Part shown: positions 58,302-64,000 of the stretch, one piece after another
How positions within the stretch are numbered: position 1 is the stretch's first letter
Layout of the letters: the number at the start of each line of letters is the position of its first letter
NCBI RefSeq assembly: GCF_964229375.1
Contig: NZ_CAXREH010000155.1
Span: forward strand, 384 to 64,383
Direction of reading: 5' to 3'
Source of the DNA: Cognatishimia sp.
GTDB taxonomy: Bacteria > Pseudomonadota > Alphaproteobacteria > Rhodobacterales > Rhodobacteraceae
DNA length: 64,000 bases
Notes under the pieces: model-generated
Told to the model about the DNA's origin: nothing
The model's database searches: none
The model's input: only the letters and a program-made list of their open reading frames with translations
Position numbers and translations under genes: made by a program

Positions 58302-60194
58302 TTACCGGGACAGCGCCCCTGCGGCGACCAGTTCAGCGTTTTTATCCGCCTCAAACCACCAGAAATCCAGTTCGCCACGTGCATAGGCCGGCAGCGGGTC
58401 GGGATAGCCGTATTGATCGTAATAGGCCACCGTGTGGACGTCTTTGAACCACTGAGGCACCCAGAACAGCTCGTCACGCAACACGCGGTCCAAGGCCTGC
58501 ACCGCGACCCGCAGCTCGTCCTTGGTTTCCGAGGCCACGACGACCTCGATCAAACGATCCACGGCCGGGCTGTTCAGACCCATCAGGTTGCGCGAGCTTT
58601 CGTCGCGACCTTCAGAGCCAAACCATTGCTCCAGTCCGGTCGATGGCTCCAGCGCCATAGACAGGGTGTGGTTGGTGATATCGAAATCATAGCTTCTGCG
58701 GCGGTCTGTAGCTTGCGCCGGGTCTACCCGGTTCAACACGGCGTCCACACCCAGACGTTTCAGGTTCTCGATAAACGGATTGTTGATCCGGTCAAAGGCA
58801 GGCGAGCTTTCCAGAAACTCGACAGACAGAACCTCGCCATCTTTGCGGCGCATCCCGTCATCTCCGACAACCCAGCCAGCTTCGTCCAGCAGTGCCGAGG
58901 CACGACGCAGGTTTCCGCGGTCAAGCTGACGCGTGCCAGATACAGGCGGAATGATCGCCTCATCGGTCAGGATAGATGCATCCAGCAGGCCCTCATCCAC
59001 AAGTGGCTGAAGGATTGCGAGCTCCGCGCCGGTTGGCGTGCCGATCGCTTCCATGTCGGAATTGCCCCAGAACCCTGTCACACGCTCATAAAGGCCATAG
59101 AACAGGGACTCATTTGACCATTCAAAGTTGAACATCAGGCCGATCGCTTCTCGCACACGGCGGTCTTGGAATTTCTCGCGGCGCAGGTTGAAAACATAGC
59201 CTTGCGCACGAGCCAGATTGCCATCGTTCAGCTCTGTCTTGATCACATGACCAGCATCAATCGCTGGGAAATCATAGCTGGTGCCCCAGGACTTAGAGCT
59301 GTTCTCGCTGCGGAACGTATATTCCCCTGCCTTAAAGCCCTCAAAAGCTGCGGCACTGTCCGCGAAATACTCGATCCGGATCGTATCAAAGTTGTTGCGA
59401 CCCACAGAGACCGGCAGATCCTCGGCCCAATAGTTATCGCGACGTTTGTAGACGACCTGCTGGTTGATGTCATAGCTGTCCAGCTCGTAGATGCCGGTGC
59501 CCATGATCGGCACCAGAGAGCTTTCATCCAGACGCGCGCCTGTTTCTTCAAACCATTGCTGAGAGAAGGCCGGGAAGATACCCGCAAGCCCGATCCGGTC
59601 GCGTTCCGGGCTATCCGCGTTGAACGAGAACTTGATCTTATGCGTATCCAGCACCTCTACTTCACTGATAAAGGCGCCAAAGGCGGCGCGGAAGCTGGGC
59701 AGACCCTGCTCCATAAACAGATCAAAGGTGAATTTCAGGTCATCCGCGCTCCAGCCCTTGCCATCAGGGAAAGTCACGTCAGGACGCAGGTTGAAAATGA
59801 CCCAGCTTAGATCCTTAGGATATTCCATCGTCTCGCACAGGAAACAGTAGCTGGCGGTTGGGTCATCGGCAAAGGTCGTCAGAATGTCTTCGTGACCGAT
59901 GGTCGGGCTGCCCCCGGCGCGGCCTTTGCGGGTGTAAGGGTTAAAACTGTCAAAGGTGCCCATGCCCCAGATCGAAATCTCGCCACCTTTGGGCGCGTCT
60001 GGGTTCACATAGTTCAGTCGGGAGTAATCAGCTGGGTATTTCAGATCACCAAAAAAGTTGTAACCGTGGCTGACGGTGATGTCCTCATCACCAAAGGCTG
60101 AACTGGCGGCCATGACGGCCCCGACCAAACTGACCCCGGCGGTCCAGAGTTTCCAATCCCAAGATGCGGCTTTTACTTTGGCACCTGATCTCAT
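58302..60194 (-). CDS. yejA: Peptide ABC transporter substrate-binding protein (YejA-like)
   Basis: LKYPAD..YVNPDAPKGG, GTFDSFNPY, GRNNFD, FNLRR..FQDRRVREA, FNFEW. Confidence 0.9.
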   Translation of the reverse strand: MRSGAKVKAASWDWKLWTAGVSLVGAVMAASSAFGDEDITVSHGYNFFGDLKYPADYSRLNYVNPDAPKGGEISIWGMGTFDSFNPYTRKGRAGGSPTIGHEDILTTFADDPTASYCFLCETMEYPKDLSWVIFNLRPDVTFPDGKGWSADDLKFTFDLFMEQGLPSFRAAFGAFISEVEVLDTHKIKFSFNADSPERDRIGLAGIFPAFSQQWFEETGARLDESSLVPIMGTGIYELDSYDINQQVVYKRRDNYWAEDLPVSVGRNNFDTIRIEYFADSAAAFEGFKAGEYTFRSENSSKSWGTSYDFPAIDAGHVIKTELNDGNLARAQGYVFNLRREKFQDRRVREAIGLMFNFEWSNESLFYGLYERVTGFWGNSDMEAIGTPTGAELAILQPLVDEGLLDASILTDEAIIPPVSGTRQLDRGNLRRASALLDEAGWVVGDDGMRRKDGEVLSVEFLESSPAFDRINNPFIENLKRLGVDAVLNRVDPAQATDRRRSYDFDITNHTLSMALEPSTGLEQWFGSEGRDESSRNLMGLNSPAVDRLIEVVVASETKDELRVAVQALDRVLRDELFWVPQWFKDVHTVAYYDQYGYPDPLPAYARGELDFWWFEADKNAELVAAGALSR

Positions 60195-60382
60195 ATGCGA
60201 GCTCCTCCCAGCTTGTGGCTGTTATTGCGCGTATCGATACTGCGTCTCTTGGAATGTAACGTAATTTGCAGTCTCGACCAGACTCAAGGCGAGATTGATA
60301 AACATGCGATGAATTCTTCGGCATTTGCGCGTTAAGTCGCCCGCTGCTTTGGGGATTGTCTGCAAGCGTCCAACAATCAGGC

Positions 60383-60416
60383 AAAAGAAAAGGCCGGTAT
60401 CCGCGATACCGACCTT
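60383..60416 (-). terminator. Rho-independent terminator after cytochrome c
   Basis: Minus strand AAGGTCGGTATC-GCG-GATACCGGCCTT followed by TTCTTTT. Confidence 0.85.
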
Positions 60417-60441
60417 CTCAAGAGTCTTTTGTCAGCGTTGA

Positions 60442-60969
60442 TTAGCTGCCTGCACCCTGCAGATAAGCAATCAAGTTCGCACGGTCAGCTGGCTTTTTCA
60501 GGCCAGAGAAGCTCATCTTTGTGCCAGGTGCGAATTTCTTTGGGCTTTCCAGGAAACCGTCCAGGTTTTCGTTGGACCAGGTTTCTGCCACGGCCACCAG
60601 AGCACCGGAATAGGCATAGCCATCAACAGAGCCAACCGCACGGTCGATCAGATTCGCCAGATGCGGGCCTGTGCCGTTCGCGCCGTCTTCCAGTTTGTGG
60701 CAGGCTTTACACTTGCCAAATACCTTCGCGCCTTTGTCGACATCTGCAACCGCCAGAAGCTCTTCCAAGGATGGGCCTTCTTCGACTTCGCCAGAGGTCT
60801 CTGCCATTGCGACTTCGATCTTATAGCCTTTTTTGGCCTCTTCACCGTGAGCTCCATGGCCACCACCTGCGTGGTAGATGGTTTCCGCAGCCCATCCACC
60901 CAGAAGATAGATCAGCAAAGCACCGCAGAAAGCGCCGGTAATTTTGGTAAAAGTCATAGTGTCGAACAT
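60442..60969 (-). CDS. cycM: Membrane-anchored cytochrome c (c552/cy type)
   Basis: MFDTMT N-terminal TM anchor, CKACH heme site, GPHL, PGTKM axial Met. Confidence 0.9.
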   Translation of the reverse strand: MFDTMTFTKITGAFCGALLIYLLGGWAAETIYHAGGGHGAHGEEAKKGYKIEVAMAETSGEVEEGPSLEELLAVADVDKGAKVFGKCKACHKLEDGANGTGPHLANLIDRAVGSVDGYAYSGALVAVAETWSNENLDGFLESPKKFAPGTKMSFSGLKKPADRANLIAYLQGAGS

Positions 60970-61086
60970 GCTACGTTATCCGTGTCGTGGCGTTTGACGG
61001 CTATCTATCCGCTTCCTTCCGCCTTGCGCAAGCTATACTTACCGCGACCAATCGCCCATCTTGCGAAAAAAGTGGAATTTTAGATC

Positions 61087-61926
61087 ATGACCCAACGCAT
61101 CGCCTTTCAAGGAGAGCCCGGCGCCTATAGCCACGAGGCCTGCCGCAACGCACGCCCTGACATGGAGGCCCTGCCCTGCGCGACCTTTGAAGAAGCCATC
61201 GCTGCGGTGAAAAATGGCGATGCCGCATTGGCGATGTTGCCGGTGGAAAATTCGACATATGGGCGCGTGGCAGACATCCACCGCCTGCTGCCGCAAAGCG
61301 GACTGCACATCATCGACGAGGCCTTCGTTCGCGTGCACATCAACCTTTTGGCGGTGCCCGGCGCGACGCTTGCAGATATCGAGGATGCGTTCTCGCACCT
61401 TGTTTTATTGCCTCAATGCGCAGGATTCCTGACGGAAAACAACATTCGCGGACGGGTCAGCCCCGACAATGCGCGAGCCGCGCGCGAGGTGGCAGAAGCG
61501 GGCAACAAAGCCCATGCCGCGCTGGCCAGCGAATTGGCCGGAGAGATCTATGGGCTGGATGTGCTGGCACGTCACATTGAGGATCACGACAACAACACAA
61601 CGCGGTTTCTGATCATGTCGCCCGAGGCACAACTCGAGCGGCGCGAGGCGCCCAAAGGCATGGTCACCAGCTTTGTCTTTCAAGTCCGCAACATCCCTGC
61701 GGCCCTTTATAAAGCCATGGGTGGCTTTGCGACCAACAGCGTCAATATGACCAAGCTGGAAAGCTATATGGTGGACGGCTCTTTCACCGCGACTCAGTTC
61801 TATGCCGAGGTCGAAGGCCATCCTGATGACGAGAATCTTAAGTTGGCTTTGGACGAGCTGGGTTATTTCACCAGCTATTTGCACATTCTTGGGGTCTATC
61901 CGGCGGCACAGTCACGGCACACGTAA
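61087..61926 (+). CDS. pheA: Prephenate dehydratase
   Basis: IAFQGEPGAYS, PVENS, NNTTRF, ACT domain NMTKLES. Confidence 0.95.
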   Translation: MTQRIAFQGEPGAYSHEACRNARPDMEALPCATFEEAIAAVKNGDAALAMLPVENSTYGRVADIHRLLPQSGLHIIDEAFVRVHINLLAVPGATLADIEDAFSHLVLLPQCAGFLTENNIRGRVSPDNARAAREVAEAGNKAHAALASELAGEIYGLDVLARHIEDHDNNTTRFLIMSPEAQLERREAPKGMVTSFVFQVRNIPAALYKAMGGFATNSVNMTKLESYMVDGSFTATQFYAEVEGHPDDENLKLALDELGYFTSYLHILGVYPAAQSRHT

Positions 61927-61975
61927 AGAACGTGTGCCGGTGTCAAAGGTCTTTGTGAAAGATCAGTGTAACGGC

Positions 61976-62449
61976 TTACGCCACCTTAGTCTGACGATAG
62001 CGTTCTTCCAGATTGCGGGACTGTTCCGAAATCCGGCCTGACATGCGCTTTTCGATCTTGCCGCGTGTCAGCTTCATGGATTGCAACAGCAAGCGGCCGG
62101 TCAGAGACTTGGCCGAGATGTCGCTTTTGATAAGCATCCGGGTCTTGTGGTTGGACAGGGCCACCAGCTCGATGTCCAGTTGCACCTCAATCGCGGGTGC
62201 TTCGGCCTGAAACCCTAGCGCTTCAGGCTTTTCGAAACGGTTCACGTCCACCTGCATCTTCACGGTTTTGCCGCGCCATGGCACATTCAAATCCCAAGCT
62301 GCGCCCAACCCTTCGACGGCATCACCATTGCGGCGCGCCACTTCGACACCACGGCGCATCGCCATGCGTTCAAAGAAGGTGAACTCGGACAGCATTTCAA
62401 AGGCTGCTTCCTGTGGAATGTCCAGATCTTCGATGTTTTCAAATTTCAT
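61976..62449 (-). CDS. Conserved hypothetical protein (SRPBCC/START-like fold suspected)
   Basis: EDLDIP..AF..LSEF..FER.AMRRG; start set at ATG 62449, alternative 62503. Confidence 0.7.
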   Translation of the reverse strand: MKFENIEDLDIPQEAAFEMLSEFTFFERMAMRRGVEVARRNGDAVEGLGAAWDLNVPWRGKTVKMQVDVNRFEKPEALGFQAEAPAIEVQLDIELVALSNHKTRMLIKSDISAKSLTGRLLLQSMKLTRGKIEKRMSGRISEQSRNLEERYRQTKVA

Positions 62450-62517
62450 GACTGCTCTCGTCCCATCTGTTTCTGCGTGGGGTATTGGGTTCAATGCGGA
62501 CACTATGGCGCATTTTG

Positions 62518-63474
62518 TTAATCAAGTCGATCCGCAACCCAATGCCTGAGAATAAACTCTGCAATGGCCCCTTTACGGGCAGGCTTTAGGGTGTCGTGAT
62601 CGCCCGCCAAAGCCTGCATCATTTCATCCCGAGGCACCCAAATCGCATCCTCGATTTCATTGGGATCAATATTAAGATCAGTTCCCAAAGCCTCGCCCCA
62701 AAACCCCATCATCAGCGAATTGGGGAAGGACCATGGCTGCGATCCCAGATAGGACACGCGCCCAACGCGCACGCCGGCCTCCTCAAAGACCTCACGTCGG
62801 ACGGCGGCCTCTGGGGTCTCGCCCGGTTCGACAAATCCGGCCAGCAACGAATACATGCCTTCAGGCCACCCGGGGCTGCGCCCGATCAGAACGGAATCCC
62901 CGGACGTGATCAGCATGATGACAACGGGATCGGTGCGGGGAAAATGCGGCGCTCCGCAGGACGGACAACTGCGTTGCCACCCTGCTTGCGTCATCTTGCT
63001 TTGGTGCCCGCATACGGCACAATGCTGATGACTTTTGTGCCATTCAAACAAGGCTTTCGCCGTGCTCGCCAGCTCTGCATCCCGCGCGGACAACCGCGTC
63101 ATATTGGCCCGCAAATCCGCAAAGGTCTGTCCCATGGGAAGGTCCGGATGCTGTTGCTCTGACAGGTCGACAAAGCTTTCATCGACAGCCTCGGACGGTG
63201 ACCACTCTGAAAGATCATAGGCCAGACAGAGCTCATCGCCCTCTTGACCCAGCAGAATAGGATTTTCTCGACCCGCAATTACCGGATGATCCAGCGGCAG
63301 CCGCACAAGATCACGCGCGTCGCCTTCCGCCAGCAAGGGCTTGCCACGCCACAAGACCACCGCGTGCCCTGCCCGCTGCCCAGATGCCAGGCCTTGCAGA
63401 ACCGCGTCGGTCCGCAAATGCGCCACGCGGTCCAGACCCGAGGGCCCGAAAGTGACGCTGTCAAAAAGCTGCAT
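62518..63474 (-). CDS. nudC: NAD(H) diphosphatase
   Basis: CAVCG…CPSC zinc site, FPRTDP, Nudix box GFVEPGETPEAAVRREVFEEAG, SQPW; start set at ATG 63474. Confidence 0.95.
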   Translation of the reverse strand: MQLFDSVTFGPSGLDRVAHLRTDAVLQGLASGQRAGHAVVLWRGKPLLAEGDARDLVRLPLDHPVIAGRENPILLGQEGDELCLAYDLSEWSPSEAVDESFVDLSEQQHPDLPMGQTFADLRANMTRLSARDAELASTAKALFEWHKSHQHCAVCGHQSKMTQAGWQRSCPSCGAPHFPRTDPVVIMLITSGDSVLIGRSPGWPEGMYSLLAGFVEPGETPEAAVRREVFEEAGVRVGRVSYLGSQPWSFPNSLMMGFWGEALGTDLNIDPNEIEDAIWVPRDEMMQALAGDHDTLKPARKGAIAEFILRHWVADRLD

Positions 63475-63655
63475 GAATGTGTCCTGATCTTTTTTTCGCA
63501 GCCTAGGCATTCTGTTCGGCTTGGCAAATCTAAATTCTTTGTGAGGATTGTCGCACCCCAAGTTTTCTAGTTGCTTTTTATCCTTCCGTATAATTTATTC
63601 TCTACAATTTACTTCGCTTAATATTCAATTAGTTAGTATATGTATCGAGTACGAT

Positions 63656-64000
63656 TTGCCGAACGACAAAACCCCTCCTGAGGTCAAAAATTCAATAGAA
63701 ATAAGAATTCTGGCCACCACCGATCTTCACGGCGCAATTGGCGCTGGATGCGAAGCTGTCGGCCTGACCCACGCCGCCAAGACCATCGCGGACCTCAGGG
63801 CAGAACACCCCAACCACCTTCTCTTTGACAACGGAGACTTCTTGCAAGGCGCGCCGATCTGCGATCTGGCGAGCATGGGGGTGTTGGGCGCACCCAATGC
63901 GCATCCCATCGTCAGCCTGATGAACAGCATTACCTATGATGCCGTGGGCCTTGGCAATCACGAATTCGACTTTGGGCTTGAGTATCTTAACCGCGTTCTC
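63656..64000 (+). CDS. 5'-nucleotidase / 2',3'-cyclic-nucleotide 2'-phosphodiesterase (CpdB-like), N-terminal part; runs off the window
   Basis: Not in the ORF track. RILATTDLHG, LFDNGDFLQG, YDAVGLGNHEFDFG metallophosphoesterase motifs; TTG start inferred; no signal peptide seen. Confidence 0.85.
   Translation, partial: MPNDKTPPEVKNSIEIRILATTDLHGAIGAGCEAVGLTHAAKTIADLRAEHPNHLLFDNGDFLQGAPICDLASMGVLGAPNAHPIVSLMNSITYDAVGLGNHEFDFGLEYLNRVL

Overview
A 64-kb window of core chromosome from a GC-rich marine-type alphaproteobacterium. Gene content and order point to Rhodobacteraceae/Roseobacter group (inference). It is densely coding housekeeping DNA: isoprenoid/quinone genes (ispB, ispE, ubiA), ETF-QO, greA, molybdenum-cofactor genes (moeA, mobB, mobA, fdhD, moaB, moaD, moaE), pyrB with a pyrC-like partner, plsY, gshA, pgsA, uvrC, hemE/hemC/hemF, clpS, yejABEF, cytochrome c, pheA, nudC, one tRNA-Met(CAT) and an RND pair. 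I see no intact transposase, integrase, prophage, CRISPR array or rRNA. The best leads are: (1) a highly base-paired non-coding insert of about 240 bp between uvrC and pgsA that may be an orphan structured RNA or a non-autonomous IS110-type end; (2) an AT-rich DnaA-box/IHF/inverted-repeat cluster upstream of uvrC (candidate oriC or DnaA-control locus); (3) an in-frame TAA at a conserved Glu of hemC; (4) a COG4337-type iota carbonic anhydrase; (5) a PyrC lacking its metal and catalytic residues; (6) several small ORFs absent from the ORF track. All calls come from reading the sequence and from recalled family motifs; no searches were run.
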